A stretch of 64,000 bases of DNA from Planctomycetota bacterium (GTDB taxonomy: Bacteria; Planctomycetota; JAJSAM01; JAJVHW01), in the NCBI GenBank assembly GCA_965248445.1, contig CBDFJG010000003.1, positions 1,120,001-1,184,000 on the forward strand, in the 5' to 3' direction. Shown piece by piece: positions 27,206-37,898 of this stretch. The notes beneath the pieces are model-generated. The model searched no databases. It was given only the letters and a program-made list of their open reading frames with translations, and was not told the origin of the DNA. Position numbers and translations under genes: made by a program. Positions within the stretch are counted from its first letter, which is position 1, and each line of letters opens with the position of its first letter.

Positions 27206-28624
27206 CTAGTCGGCTGACGCGACGACCACGACAAAGAGACGGCGGCGCTCGCTGCGGCGGGTGCGGGCCGTCCAGGCAACCGCGAAGGACGGCGGCGTGC
27301 GGAAGTCGTCACCCGGCGCGATGATCGGGTGGGACGGATCGACGCGAGCGCCGAGCGTGATCTCGGACGCGACGCGGCCCTTGCGTGTGACGCGGCGGAG
27401 GCGCAGCCGATTGCGCTTGCCCGCGCGGCCCGTCGTCCACGCGACGAGGGCCCCGCCAAGTTGGTCGATCGAGAACGCCGGGAGCGGGCTGCGACGTGCG
27501 CGCAAGATGCGCGCGCGATAGACCTGGTCTCCGCTCGACGCGATCCGGTCGAGGAACACGCCACCCTTGTGCGTCGGCGTGGGCCTCCGGATCGGCGGAC
27601 CGGACCAGAGCACCGAACCCGGATACCCGAGCACGCCCACGAAGGTCCGCGTGGCATTGCCACCGGCCTGCGCCGCATCCAGACCGATCGGGCCACGATA
27701 GGTCGTCTCCAACTCGCTGACGTCGGATCGAAGCCGTTTCAGGATCAGCTCGGACTTCTTGCCGGAGGTCACCACGCCCGTGACGTAGAGGACGCCGAAC
27801 CCGGACTGCGCCGTCGTCGTCTCGAGCGGCGACGCGGCGTCCTCCTCGTCGAATAGCGTGACGTGGCCGGCGATGTCGCCGAAGGCGTCGCCTTCGAAGC
27901 CGACCGACACCGCGTGGACACCGCGGTGCGTCACCCCGATGCGCGCCGCCAGCTCCAGCTGGTCGTAGATCACGATCGCCCGCTCGACTCGCAGGAAGTC
28001 GACGGACCGGACGACGACATGCTGCGAGCCGCGTGGCTCCGGCGGAGGATCGAGGGGATCCCACAGCCGGCGCGAGATCGTGAGGGGCGCGGTGAGCGCC
28101 GAGAACGTCGCAGCGTCGGTTAGTTGCGCGACGAGCTCCGTGCCCAGGTCGGGCGTCGCGACCGTGGAGATCACGTGGACGGTGTTGAACGCCATCCCGA
28201 CGTGCGCGTCGTCTCCGGCCGCGGTCAGCGGGCCCGTGACGCCCTCGCTCGAGTGGTACTTCACGACCTGCGAACCGTGCGCGACGAACAGCGAGCCCTC
28301 GTCACGGAACTGGTGCACGCGGAAGTTCTCCGGCGGGACGGTGCTGTTCGTGATGTTCATCAGCACCGCCGACGCGAGCCGCGCCGCCCCGGGGACCACG
28401 CCCCGGCGCACGATGAGTGTGTCGCCGCCGATCGTGATCGCGAAGACGATCTGCGTGCGGCCATCGTCGTCGATGCCGATCCACGGGTCGCCGTGGACGT
28501 GTTCGTCCGTGCCGGTCATCTCGAGGACCGGTCCGACGCCAAGTCTCCGTTTTGGACTGTCGAGCGCGAACGCGGGGGCGGCGAGCGAAACGATGAGGGC
28601 AGCGGCCAGCAGTCGCGAGATCAC
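27206..28624 (-). CDS. Secreted hypothetical protein (beta-rich)
   Basis: GTG overlaps the ppk2 stop (GTGA); signal peptide ISRLLAAALIVSLAAPAFA. Confidence 0.6.
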   Translation of the reverse strand: MISRLLAAALIVSLAAPAFALDSPKRRLGVGPVLEMTGTDEHVHGDPWIGIDDDGRTQIVFAITIGGDTLIVRRGVVPGAARLASAVLMNITNSTVPPENFRVHQFRDEGSLFVAHGSQVVKYHSSEGVTGPLTAAGDDAHVGMAFNTVHVISTVATPDLGTELVAQLTDAATFSALTAPLTISRRLWDPLDPPPEPRGSQHVVVRSVDFLRVERAIVIYDQLELAARIGVTHRGVHAVSVGFEGDAFGDIAGHVTLFDEEDAASPLETTTAQSGFGVLYVTGVVTSGKKSELILKRLRSDVSELETTYRGPIGLDAAQAGGNATRTFVGVLGYPGSVLWSGPPIRRPTPTHKGGVFLDRIASSGDQVYRARILRARRSPLPAFSIDQLGGALVAWTTGRAGKRNRLRLRRVTRKGRVASEITLGARVDPSHPIIAPGDDFRTPPSFAVAWTARTRRSERRRLFVVVVASAD

Positions 28625-29499
28625 GCGTCCCCGTCTCCGAGGATCTTGCGCATCTCGTCGAAGCGCGCCTTGGTCTCGTCGTCCACCTCGGGGTACGTGA
28701 GGCCCAGGCTCTCCATGGTGCGCTGCACGAGGTCGGCGACGTAGACGCGCATCGACCGCTTGTCGTCGGCCGGGATCGCGTACCACGGCGCCGACGCGCG
28801 TGAGGTCGCGTTCAGCAGGTCCTCGTACGCCTCCATGTACTGCGGCCAGCACTTGGCCTCCTCGACATCGCGCGTGCTGAACTTCCAGTTCTTCTCCGGC
28901 TCGTCGATGCGCGCGAGGAAGCGCTTGCGCTGCTCGTCGCGCGATACGTTGAGCCAGAACTTGAGAATGACGGTGCCGTTCCGCGCGAGGTGTTTCTCGT
29001 GCTCGCGGATCGACTCGTAGCGCTGCTTCCAGAGCTTTGCGAGCGTCTTCGGGCGGTTGGGCAGGTTCTGCCCGCCGAGGAACTCGGGGTGCACGCGCAC
29101 GACGAGGACCTCCTCGTAGTAGCTGCGGTTGAACACGCCGATCGTGCCGCGAGGTGGCAGCACCTTGGCCGAGCGCCACAGGAACTCGTGATCGAGTTCC
29201 TCCTTGGACGGCGCCTTGAACGAGGAGACCTGGCACCCCGCGGGGTTGACGCCGGAGAGCACCGCGCGGATCGTGCCGTCCTTACCCGCCGCGTCCATGG
29301 CCTGGAACACGAGCAGGATCGAGTGCTGGTTGTGCGCATACAGGATGCGCTGCAGTTCGTCCAGCCGCTCCACGTGCCCGGCGAGCTCCTTCTCGAGCTC
29401 CTTCTTCTTCCGCTTGTCGGCCGGCCCGGTCGCCGCCTTCTTCACACGGAAGCTGCCGTCGAACGGCACCAGATAGGGACTGTCGACCGCTTCGAACAT
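28621..29499 (-). CDS. ppk2: Polyphosphate kinase 2 family protein
   Basis: LLVFQAMDAAGKDGTI (Walker A), SFKAPS.EELDH.FLWR, FNRSYYEEVL.VRVHP, KNWKFS, APWYAIPADDK. Confidence 0.93.
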   Translation of the reverse strand: MFEAVDSPYLVPFDGSFRVKKAATGPADKRKKKELEKELAGHVERLDELQRILYAHNQHSILLVFQAMDAAGKDGTIRAVLSGVNPAGCQVSSFKAPSKEELDHEFLWRSAKVLPPRGTIGVFNRSYYEEVLVVRVHPEFLGGQNLPNRPKTLAKLWKQRYESIREHEKHLARNGTVILKFWLNVSRDEQRKRFLARIDEPEKNWKFSTRDVEEAKCWPQYMEAYEDLLNATSRASAPWYAIPADDKRSMRVYVADLVQRTMESLGLTYPEVDDETKARFDEMRKILGDGDA

Positions 29500-29576
29500 C
29501 CACGTCCTCCTGCTGCGGGAGCTACGGCGGGGACGATACGCGATCCGCACCGCGGCAGGCAATCGGCGCGCACCGA

Positions 29577-30896
29577 CTACTTCAGCACGCGGAGGCGGAG
29601 GTTCTCGAAACGAGCGCGGCCGTTGTTGATCGCGATCCCGGGCGGCGCCTTGTCCGATCCGACCACTCCCTCGACGAGCCGGAAGCCGTCGACCCAGATC
29701 TCAAGCCGGTCGCCGCGGCGGACCATCAGGAGGTCGGCGCTGCCGCGGTCGGGCAGCCGCTCCGTGCGGTTCGACGCGACACCACCCTCGTCCTTCCACA
29801 CGAACGTCCCCGCGCGGACCAGCATCGCCTGGCAGCCGGCGCCCAGCCGCAACTGGACTCCCCCACCCACACCTTCGGTCACGACGCGCGCCCGCAGGAT
29901 GCAGTCACCGTACTTCTTCGTCCCCAGCTCGCAGACCGCCCACACGTCGCCCTCGACGGCGGCTTGGATCCCGGCATCGGTCGTCTTGAACGTCCCGTCT
30001 TTGCCCGGGTTCAGCTTCGTGCGCGCCAGGGACTTCCAGTCGGACGGCTTGCCGAGCAGTTCCGCGGGCAGGCGCTTGTCGGGGTCGATCTCGAAGCGGT
30101 CGAACGAGACCTCCTCGCCGTCGCGCTGCGCGAGCAGTGTCTCAACCTCCGGCCGCAGCACGAACGTGCCGAGATAAGCGAGCCACGTCTTCTCGAGAGC
30201 CTTCTCGTCCGCACCGAGAGCCGTCTTGGCGGCGGTGCCGGTGTAGTACTTCAGCGTCTTCTCCATGCCGTGCCGGTCGATCAGGAATCGCATGAAGCTG
30301 CCAGCGACGTCGTAGGCGTTGAAGCCGGGGTTCTTGCGCTGCCACGCGTAGAAGTCGCCGCCGAGGAGCGTGGACAGGGCGGGGAGCTTCTTGCGCTTGC
30401 GGTAGAAGGCCGGGACCGCGTGCACGGGCACTCCGTGGACGAACTCGAGCAGCGCGTTCGCCAGCCCCTCGACGAGGAACAGGTTGCGCGGATCGTCGCC
30501 GCTCTTCGGGAGCTGCCCCGCCACGAGATGCACGAACTCGTGATAGCGAGTCTGCTCGTTGTCGTACGGCAGGTGCACGACCCGCCCGGACGTGGTTCCG
30601 CCGATGCCCTCGCGCTTCAGGATCGCTTGGAGTTCCGGCACATCGTCGTAGAGGAAGAGCTCAAAGCGCCCCTCCGACGTGTAGGCGAGCTTCGCCGCGA
30701 TGTCGGTGAAGTCGTCTTCCGCCCGCCGCGCGATCTGCTCGATCTGCGCCGCCGCGCGCGAGCCGGGCCGGTAGCGGATATCGAGGTGCTCCGTCTCCTC
30801 GAGACCCGTGTGCGTCTTGCTGGCATCCGCGAACGCGACGCAGGCCAAGAGCAGGAGCGCAGCCGCCGTCATTCGTCCCAACCACGTGGTGCGCAC
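29577..30896 (-). CDS. Secreted zincin (peptidase MA-like) protein with C-terminal lectin-like beta-sandwich
   Basis: Signal peptide; HEFVH...FLVEGLA; AY..AGSFMRFLIDRHG; C-terminal 'VRRGDRLEIWVDG...RFENLRLRVL'; start approximate. Confidence 0.7.
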   Translation of the reverse strand: MRTTWLGRMTAAALLLLACVAFADASKTHTGLEETEHLDIRYRPGSRAAAQIEQIARRAEDDFTDIAAKLAYTSEGRFELFLYDDVPELQAILKREGIGGTTSGRVVHLPYDNEQTRYHEFVHLVAGQLPKSGDDPRNLFLVEGLANALLEFVHGVPVHAVPAFYRKRKKLPALSTLLGGDFYAWQRKNPGFNAYDVAGSFMRFLIDRHGMEKTLKYYTGTAAKTALGADEKALEKTWLAYLGTFVLRPEVETLLAQRDGEEVSFDRFEIDPDKRLPAELLGKPSDWKSLARTKLNPGKDGTFKTTDAGIQAAVEGDVWAVCELGTKKYGDCILRARVVTEGVGGGVQLRLGAGCQAMLVRAGTFVWKDEGGVASNRTERLPDRGSADLLMVRRGDRLEIWVDGFRLVEGVVGSDKAPPGIAINNGRARFENLRLRVLK

Positions 30897-30972
30897 GCTC
30901 GCCTCCCAGTTGGCGGGCAGCGTAGCACGCTCTCGACAGCGGGCGTTCGCCGGCGCAGTCTCGGCGGACGCG

Positions 30973-31788
30973 CTACGGCTTGCGCAGGACGACGTCCACC
31001 ATCGTCGGGGTGTAGATGTAGCTGCTGCCTTCGCGGGAGCGCTCCGCCCACTCTGCGAAGAAGGCGTCGGCAGCCGGCTGCGTGAGCAGGCCCCGCTCGA
31101 CCAGCCTCGGCACGTAGCTCTCGTAGAACTCCCCCAGCCAGCGCCACTCGAGGGAGCCGACGCGACCCAGGCGCGCCAAGGGCTCGAACACCTCGACCGT
31201 GAGGCCGCACGCCCGGGCGTAGCCGGGGAGGAGGTCGCCAACATCGATGTTGCCGCCGCCCAGCTCCCAGCTCTGCATGCAAGCGGCCACGACGCGATCG
31301 TGGACGGCGCTTCGGGGCACGAGCCGCTTGGCCGCCCAGTCGAGGTAATCCTGCACGATCAGCGCCCCGCCGGGTCGCAGGAGGCGCGCGATCGTCGCGA
31401 TCACGCTCGCGGGATCGGGCAACCAGCAGAACAGCCAGCGCGCGTACGCGACGTCGACCGAGCCGCTCGGCAGGCTGAGCGTCTCGACCGGTCCGTGCGA
31501 CGTGGCGACCTGCGCAAGGCCGCGCGCGTCGCACGTCTTGCGCAGGTACGCGAGAAAGCGGTCACTGGCGTCCCGCGCGATCACGCGGCCGCCGGGGCCC
31601 ACGGTCCGTGCGAGTTCGAGAGTCGTGAAGCCCGGTCCGCTCCCGAGGTCGAGCGCCACGTGGCCGGTCGCGAGACCCGCCCGCGCGAGAATCGCGAGCA
31701 TCTGCTGCACCCACGCGTGGTGCTGGAAGCGCAGCCGGCGCACCTCCTCGCCATCGGTCCCCAGGATGTACTCGTCTTCTTCCGGCAT
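30973..31788 (-). CDS. Class I SAM-dependent methyltransferase
   Basis: YILGTD..E..RL..QH; ALDLGSGPG; DVAYARW; LRPGG. Confidence 0.88.
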   Translation of the reverse strand: MPEEDEYILGTDGEEVRRLRFQHHAWVQQMLAILARAGLATGHVALDLGSGPGFTTLELARTVGPGGRVIARDASDRFLAYLRKTCDARGLAQVATSHGPVETLSLPSGSVDVAYARWLFCWLPDPASVIATIARLLRPGGALIVQDYLDWAAKRLVPRSAVHDRVVAACMQSWELGGGNIDVGDLLPGYARACGLTVEVFEPLARLGRVGSLEWRWLGEFYESYVPRLVERGLLTQPAADAFFAEWAERSREGSSYIYTPTMVDVVLRKP

Positions 31789-31921
31789 GGGTCTGGCGCC
31801 GCAGCTCTCCTCGTCTCTCCACGGTAGCGCACCCGGTTGCTGAGCGGTGCTGGGCGCGGCGTGGACGAGCGCCGTCGCGGGAAATCGCGACATGCCCCAG
31901 CGGTTCCGTACGGTCCTGGCG

Positions 31922-34777
31922 ATGCCCCGCTCGCGCCGCCCCACGACACCCGAACCGATCCGGCTGCGGGGTGTGCGGCAAAACAACCTGCGAGGCATCG
32001 ACCTCGATCTGCCCTACGACAAGCTGACCGTCGTCACGGGTGTCTCGGGGAGCGGCAAGTCGTCGCTCGTCTTCGACACGCTCTACGCCGAGGGACAGCG
32101 ACGCTACGTCGAGACGTTCTCGGCGTACGCGCGCCAGTTCCTTGAACGGCTGCCTCGGCCGCAGGCCGAACGGATCGACGGGCTGCCGCCCGCGGTCGCC
32201 GTCGAACAGCGCAACCCCGTGCGCACGTCGCGCTCGACGGTCGGGACCATGACCGAGCTGACCGATCACCTGAAGCTGCTCTTCGCCCGCGCGGCGACAC
32301 TGTTCTGCCCGAACTGCGAGCAGGAGGTCCGAGCGCAGTCCCACGCGGACGTGGCGGATCGCATCGCGTCGCTGCCCGAGGGCACGCGCGTGACCATCGC
32401 GTTTCCGCTGCCGCCGGCCGGCAATCTGCCATGGCCCGATCAGGTCGCCGCGCTGAGAGCCGCCGGGCTGACGCGTGTGATCAGCGGGAAGAACGCGCGC
32501 CCCGTGGACGTCACGACGCTCGCCAAGCGGCCGCGCGCCAAGGCGCATGTCGTCGTCGACCGCGTCGTTGCGGGCAAGACCAAGCGAAGCCGGATCCTCG
32601 ACTCGGCCGAGCAGGCGTTGCGGCTCGGCAAGGGACGCGCGGGCGCGCACCCGGAGAAGGGACGGGCACTCGCGTTCTCGAACGAGCGGCACTGCGCCAA
32701 GTGCGACATCCACTTCGAGGAGCCGCGCCCGAACCTCTTCTCGTTCAACTCGCCGCTCGGCGCCTGCGAGACATGCCGTGGTTTCGGGCGGACGATCGAC
32801 ATGGACCCGCGCGCCGTCATTCCCGACCCGGAACTGACGCTCGAAAAGGGCGCCGTGCGGCCGTGGACGACGCCGCGCACGCGCTCCGAACGCACCGCGC
32901 TGCGCGAGTGGGCCGAGGAGAAGGGCATCCCGATGGACGTGCCGTGGGCGGAACTGCGCGCGAAGCACCAGGACTGGATACTCGAGGGAGACGCGCAGTT
33001 CTTCGGCGTACGCGGGTGGATGAGGTGGCTCGAACGCAAGGCGTACAAGCTGCGCGTGCGCGTGATTCTGGCTCGGTACCGGCGCTACATCACCTGCAGT
33101 GAGTGCGAGGGTGCAAGGCGACGCCCCGCGGCGCTCGACTGGCTGCTCGGCGGCCGGAACATCCACGAGTGGGAAACGCTGCCCGTCGGCGAGGCGCTCG
33201 ACACGATCGAGGCGCTCGAACTCTCCTCCGCGGCGGCGGCGGTCAGCGAAGTCGTGCTCGACGGCGTGTGTTCGCGACTGCGCTACTTGTCGGAAGTCGG
33301 CCTCGGCTACCTGACGCTCGACCGGGCAACGCGCACGCTCTCCGGCGGCGAGTTCCAGCGCGTGCACCTGGCGACCGCCCTCGGCGCAGCGCTGGTGAAC
33401 ACGCTGTACGTGCTGGACGAACCGTCGGTCGGACTGCATCCGCGCGACACAGACCGGCTCCTGGCGATCCTGCACCGGCTGCGCGACCGCGGAAACACGC
33501 TCGTGGTCGTCGAGCATGACCCGGACACGATCCGAGCGGCGGACCACGTCGTGGATCTCGGACCCGGTGCGGGCGAGCACGGCGGGCAGGTCGTGTTCGA
33601 GGGTTCGCTGAAGCAGCTCATGCGATCGAAGTCGTCACTGACTGCGCGCTTCCTGAGGGGGGACGAGCACGCGCTGCCGGGCGGGGACCGCGAGAGAAGA
33701 AGCGCAACCGGCGAGCTGATCCTCGAGGGAGCACGCGGCAACAACCTGCAGGACCTCAACATCACGATCCCGCTCGGCTGCGTGACCGCGATCGTCGGCG
33801 TATCGGGTTCGGGGAAGAGCACGCTCGTGAGCGACACGCTCTACGCGGCGCTGCGTGAGGCGACCGGCGAGAGCGGTCCCGAGCCGCTCCCCTTCGACGC
33901 GCTGGACGGCGAGGACCGGGTCGGACGCGTGCTGCTCGTCGATCAGTCCCCCATCGGGCGCACACCGCGGAGCAACCCGGCGACCTACTCCGGCGCGATG
34001 CTCCGCATCCGCACGCTGCTGTCGCGCACAGACACCGCGCGCAAGCTGCGCCTCTCCGCCAAGAGGTTCTCGTTCAACGACCGCCGCGGACGCTGCGCCG
34101 CGTGCGAGGGCGCGGGCGTCGAGGTCATGGAGATGCAGTTCCTCGCCGACGTCGCCATCCCTTGCGAGGAGTGCGGCGGCCGGCGCTTCAAGCAGGAGGT
34201 GCTGCTCGTCAAGTACCACGGCAAGGACGTCAACGACCTCCTCGATCTGCCCGTCGCCGAGGCGATCGCGTTCCTCGATCCGGAACGCGCGCGCACCGAC
34301 CTCGGCGCGGACGCGGGTCGCGCGGCAGCGAAGGCCGTGCAGGCGCTGCAGCCGCTCGTGGACGTCGGTCTCGGGTACCTGCGCATCGGGCAGCCGGCGA
34401 CCACGCTCTCGGGCGGCGAAGCCCAGCGACTCAAGCTCGCGTCGCACCTGGCCATGGCGACGACTCGGCGCGGAGGCCGCGGGAGGCGGGCGTTCCTGAT
34501 CCTGGACGAGCCGACGACGGGACTCCACCTCGCTGATGTGCGCGCGCTCATCGCGTGTCTCGACCGGCTGGCGGATGCAGGCCACACTGTGGTCGTCGTC
34601 GAACACCACCTATCCGTCGTGGCGGCGGCAGACCACGTGATCGAGCTCGGCCCAGGAGGGGGCGCGGATGGCGGCCGCATCGTGGCGACCGGAACGCCCG
34701 AGGACCTCGCGAAGAAGAGAGGCTCCCCGACGGCGCCGTACCTGAAGGCCGTGCTCGCCGCGGAGATGACGCCGTGA
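31922..34777 (+). CDS. uvrA: Excinuclease ABC subunit A-like protein (first of tandem pair)
   Basis: GVRQNNL, GVSGSGKSSL.FDTLYAEGQRRYVE, FSFNSP.GAC, LSGGE twice, DQSPIGRTPRSNPATY, LDEPTTGLH. Confidence 0.9.
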   Translation: MPRSRRPTTPEPIRLRGVRQNNLRGIDLDLPYDKLTVVTGVSGSGKSSLVFDTLYAEGQRRYVETFSAYARQFLERLPRPQAERIDGLPPAVAVEQRNPVRTSRSTVGTMTELTDHLKLLFARAATLFCPNCEQEVRAQSHADVADRIASLPEGTRVTIAFPLPPAGNLPWPDQVAALRAAGLTRVISGKNARPVDVTTLAKRPRAKAHVVVDRVVAGKTKRSRILDSAEQALRLGKGRAGAHPEKGRALAFSNERHCAKCDIHFEEPRPNLFSFNSPLGACETCRGFGRTIDMDPRAVIPDPELTLEKGAVRPWTTPRTRSERTALREWAEEKGIPMDVPWAELRAKHQDWILEGDAQFFGVRGWMRWLERKAYKLRVRVILARYRRYITCSECEGARRRPAALDWLLGGRNIHEWETLPVGEALDTIEALELSSAAAAVSEVVLDGVCSRLRYLSEVGLGYLTLDRATRTLSGGEFQRVHLATALGAALVNTLYVLDEPSVGLHPRDTDRLLAILHRLRDRGNTLVVVEHDPDTIRAADHVVDLGPGAGEHGGQVVFEGSLKQLMRSKSSLTARFLRGDEHALPGGDRERRSATGELILEGARGNNLQDLNITIPLGCVTAIVGVSGSGKSTLVSDTLYAALREATGESGPEPLPFDALDGEDRVGRVLLVDQSPIGRTPRSNPATYSGAMLRIRTLLSRTDTARKLRLSAKRFSFNDRRGRCAACEGAGVEVMEMQFLADVAIPCEECGGRRFKQEVLLVKYHGKDVNDLLDLPVAEAIAFLDPERARTDLGADAGRAAAKAVQALQPLVDVGLGYLRIGQPATTLSGGEAQRLKLASHLAMATTRRGGRGRRAFLILDEPTTGLHLADVRALIACLDRLADAGHTVVVVEHHLSVVAAADHVIELGPGGGADGGRIVATGTPEDLAKKRGSPTAPYLKAVLAAEMTP

Positions 34778-37275
34778 GCCGCCTGACCGAGATCGTCGTC
34801 CGTGGCGCACGCGAGCACAACCTGCGCGGTGTCGACGTGCGCGTGCCCCACGGCACGTTCACGGTGATCAGCGGCGTCTCCGGCAGCGGCAAGACGTCGC
34901 TCGCCCGCGACACGATTCACGCAGAGGGCCGGCGGCGGTATCTCGAGTCGCTGTCTGCGTTCGCGCGACAGTTTGTCGAGAGGGTGCCACGTCCGGATGT
35001 CGAGGAGATCGCGGGCCTCCCCCCCACCGTCGCGATCGATCAGCGCACCACGCGCGGGGGCGCCCGGGCCACGGTCGCCTCGATGTCCGACGTGCTCGAC
35101 TACCTGCGCCTGCTGTGGGCGCGGCTCGGCACGCGGCACTGCGAGCGATGCGGCGAACCAGTCACCGCCACATCGCGTGAGCGTATCCGCAAGGAGGTCG
35201 CCCGGCTCGGCGGCCGCAAGAAGCGCGTGCATCTGCTCGCCCCGATGGTGCGGCGCCGCAAGGGCTTCCACACCGACGTGTTCCGGCGTCTCGCGCGGCT
35301 GGGGATCGAGCGCGTCCGCGTGGACGGAGAAGGGCAGGAGGTCGACGCGACAACACGGCTCTCGCGCTATCACGAGCATTCGATCGAAGCGGTCGTCGCG
35401 ACGGCGCGCACCACCACGGCCCATCGCGACGAGCTTGACGCCGGCATCGAGCGGGCACTCGACATCGGCAAGGGGACGCTGCTCGCGGCTGCTGCGGATG
35501 ATCTGGCCGACGCCGTGCTGTTCTCGGCCGTGTCGGCCTGCGCGGAGTGCGGGATCGCGTACCGCTCGCTCGAACCGGGCGACCTGTCGTGGAGCTTGAA
35601 GCGCGGCCAGTGCGGCCGCTGCCGCGGACGGGGTACCGAGGAGACGGACGGCGACGGCGAGCCCGCCCCGTGCAAGCGATGCGACGGCGCGCGGCTCGGC
35701 AAGGCATCGCGGGGTGTGCGCTACCACGGCCTCGGCCTGCACGAGTTCCTGGCGCACACGATCACCGACGCGCGGGCTTGGCTCCTCGCGATCGACCCCG
35801 CCTCCGAACGCGAATCGGTCGTGCTGACCCCGGTGCGGGACGAGGTCGCGGCGCGACTGGCGTTCGTGGCGGACGTCGGGTTGTCCTATCTGTCGCTCGA
35901 CCGCGGGGCGCGCACGCTGTCGGGTGGCGAGTCGCAACGCGTGCGGCTTGCGTCCCAACTGGGAACCGGCCTGCGCGGTGTCTGCTACGTGCTGGATGAA
36001 CCGACGATCGGGCTCCACCCGGTGGACACGACACGGCTCCTCGGCACGCTGACGTCTCTGGCGGACGGCGGCGCAACGCTGCTGGTCGTCGAGCACGACG
36101 AGGACACGATCCGCGCAGCGGATCTGGTCATCGACCTCGGCCCGGGCGCCGGCGTCCACGGCGGCCGAATCGCAGCCGTCGGCTCCCCCGCCGACCTCGC
36201 CAGGCGCCGGGCGGGAGTCACTGGCGAATGGCTCGCGCGCGCCGCCGAGAAGAGCGAACCGCGCAAGTGCCGCGACACGAGCGGCCCGGCGATCCGCCTG
36301 AAGGATGTGACGGCACGGAACCTCCGCGGCATCGACGTTGCGTTCCCCGTCGGTGCGCTGACGTGCGTCACGGGAGTCTCAGGCAGCGGTAAGAGCACGC
36401 TCGTGCGTCACGTGCTGCTGCCGGTACTGCTGCGGAAGCTCGACCGCAAGGGTCCGGCACCCGGCGCGCACCGCTCCTCGTCCGTTCCGCCGGACGTGCA
36501 GGCCGTCGTGGAGGTCGACCAGAGTCCGATCGGGAAGACGTCGCGGAGTGTCCCGGCCACGTACACCAAACTGATGGACCCGCTGCGCAAGCTGTTCGCC
36601 GAGACGATCGAGGCGCGCGCGCGTGGGTTCACCGCGTCACGCTTCTCGTTCAACTCGGGTCCGGGGCGGTGCCCTGAATGCCAGGGCCGCGGCGCGATCA
36701 AGATGGAGATGAGCTTCCTCCCGGACGTGCGTGTGGAGTGCGATCAGTGCGGCGGGGCGCGCTACGACGAGGAGACCCTCGCCGTCACGATCGCCGGCCA
36801 CTCCATCGCCGAAGCGCTCGACATGCCGATCGCGCAAGCGCGTCCCATCTTCTCGGCGTTCCCCAAGATCGCGCGCGTGCTCGACGTGCTGGACGACGTC
36901 GGACTCGGTTACCTGCGGCTCGGCCAGCCGTCTCCCACGCTCTCCGGCGGCGAAGCGCAACGCGTGAAACTCGCAACGGAGATGGCGCGCCGCAGAAAGG
37001 GCGGCCGCGTGTACCTGCTCGACGAACCGACCACCGGATTACACGCGCAGGACGTCGACCGCCTGATCGCCGTGCTGCATGATCTCGTGGAACTCGGCAA
37101 CACAGTGGTCGTGATCGAGCACCAAATGGACGTGATCGCAGCCGCGGATCACGTCATCGACCTGGGCCCCGGCGGCGGCGCCGCGGGCGGCGGTCTGGTC
37201 GCCTCGGGTACGCCCGAGCAGGTCGCCCGCGTCAAGCGTTCCGCCACCGGTCGGTGCCTGGCAGCCCGCGTCTAG
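34774..37275 (+). CDS. uvrA: Excinuclease ABC subunit A-like protein (second of tandem pair; insertion domain largely absent)
   Basis: GTG overlaps the upstream TGA; GAREHNL, GVSGSGK twice, LSGGE twice, DQSPIGKTSRS.PATY, FSFNSG.GRC. Confidence 0.88.
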   Translation: MSRLTEIVVRGAREHNLRGVDVRVPHGTFTVISGVSGSGKTSLARDTIHAEGRRRYLESLSAFARQFVERVPRPDVEEIAGLPPTVAIDQRTTRGGARATVASMSDVLDYLRLLWARLGTRHCERCGEPVTATSRERIRKEVARLGGRKKRVHLLAPMVRRRKGFHTDVFRRLARLGIERVRVDGEGQEVDATTRLSRYHEHSIEAVVATARTTTAHRDELDAGIERALDIGKGTLLAAAADDLADAVLFSAVSACAECGIAYRSLEPGDLSWSLKRGQCGRCRGRGTEETDGDGEPAPCKRCDGARLGKASRGVRYHGLGLHEFLAHTITDARAWLLAIDPASERESVVLTPVRDEVAARLAFVADVGLSYLSLDRGARTLSGGESQRVRLASQLGTGLRGVCYVLDEPTIGLHPVDTTRLLGTLTSLADGGATLLVVEHDEDTIRAADLVIDLGPGAGVHGGRIAAVGSPADLARRRAGVTGEWLARAAEKSEPRKCRDTSGPAIRLKDVTARNLRGIDVAFPVGALTCVTGVSGSGKSTLVRHVLLPVLLRKLDRKGPAPGAHRSSSVPPDVQAVVEVDQSPIGKTSRSVPATYTKLMDPLRKLFAETIEARARGFTASRFSFNSGPGRCPECQGRGAIKMEMSFLPDVRVECDQCGGARYDEETLAVTIAGHSIAEALDMPIAQARPIFSAFPKIARVLDVLDDVGLGYLRLGQPSPTLSGGEAQRVKLATEMARRRKGGRVYLLDEPTTGLHAQDVDRLIAVLHDLVELGNTVVVIEHQMDVIAAADHVIDLGPGGGAAGGGLVASGTPEQVARVKRSATGRCLAARV

Positions 37276-37898
37276 GGCTCGCGCACTGCATAGGTGACAT
37301 CGAGCAAGAGCCGCCCATCGACGACACTCAGTATGGCTGCGAAGTTCACTACGACAGCTCCACCGAAGTCGAGCCCGCCTGAGTGGGACGTGTGCGCAGC
37401 GTGGCGGTTCGGGCACAGCACGTCGCGGCCGAACGTGACGTTGCTGAAGCCGAACGGTATCGGTGGCGTGGCTTCGATGTCCAGGTTGTCGATCAGAAGC
37501 TCTTTCACCTGCGTGTCGCAATGACAGTCGTCGTCACTGCTGACGTCATCGTTTCCCGTGTCTCCGATCACCGTCACGCTCGTCACCGCGTTACCAGTGA
37601 GGGTGAGGTCGTGCCCATCGCCGTCGCCGGGGCAGAACCCCTCGACTTCGGAGCCCGCTTCGGGGAGCACCGTCGTCTCGGCCCGCGAGCTGGCGGTGGT
37701 CGTGAAGGGAGGAAGCGGGAGTGTCGTGCCCACCCGGAACCCGGTGACCGTGTGTCCGGTCGTAGTAAGAAGACCCCGCGACGTGAGGTGGTCGAGGACA
37801 TCGATCTGTTTGGTCATCACGATCGAAGTCGTTGTGCCGCAAGCGGTGAGCGCGGTCGCTACCGCGCCAATGAGTAGTAGCGCGAGAATCCTGTGCAT
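37272..37898 (-). CDS. Hypothetical lipoprotein
   Basis: Lipobox LTAC; AGAGGGG RBS; stop shares CTAG with the convergent uvrA stop. Confidence 0.6.
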   Translation of the reverse strand: MHRILALLLIGAVATALTACGTTTSIVMTKQIDVLDHLTSRGLLTTTGHTVTGFRVGTTLPLPPFTTTASSRAETTVLPEAGSEVEGFCPGDGDGHDLTLTGNAVTSVTVIGDTGNDDVSSDDDCHCDTQVKELLIDNLDIEATPPIPFGFSNVTFGRDVLCPNRHAAHTSHSGGLDFGGAVVVNFAAILSVVDGRLLLDVTYAVREP

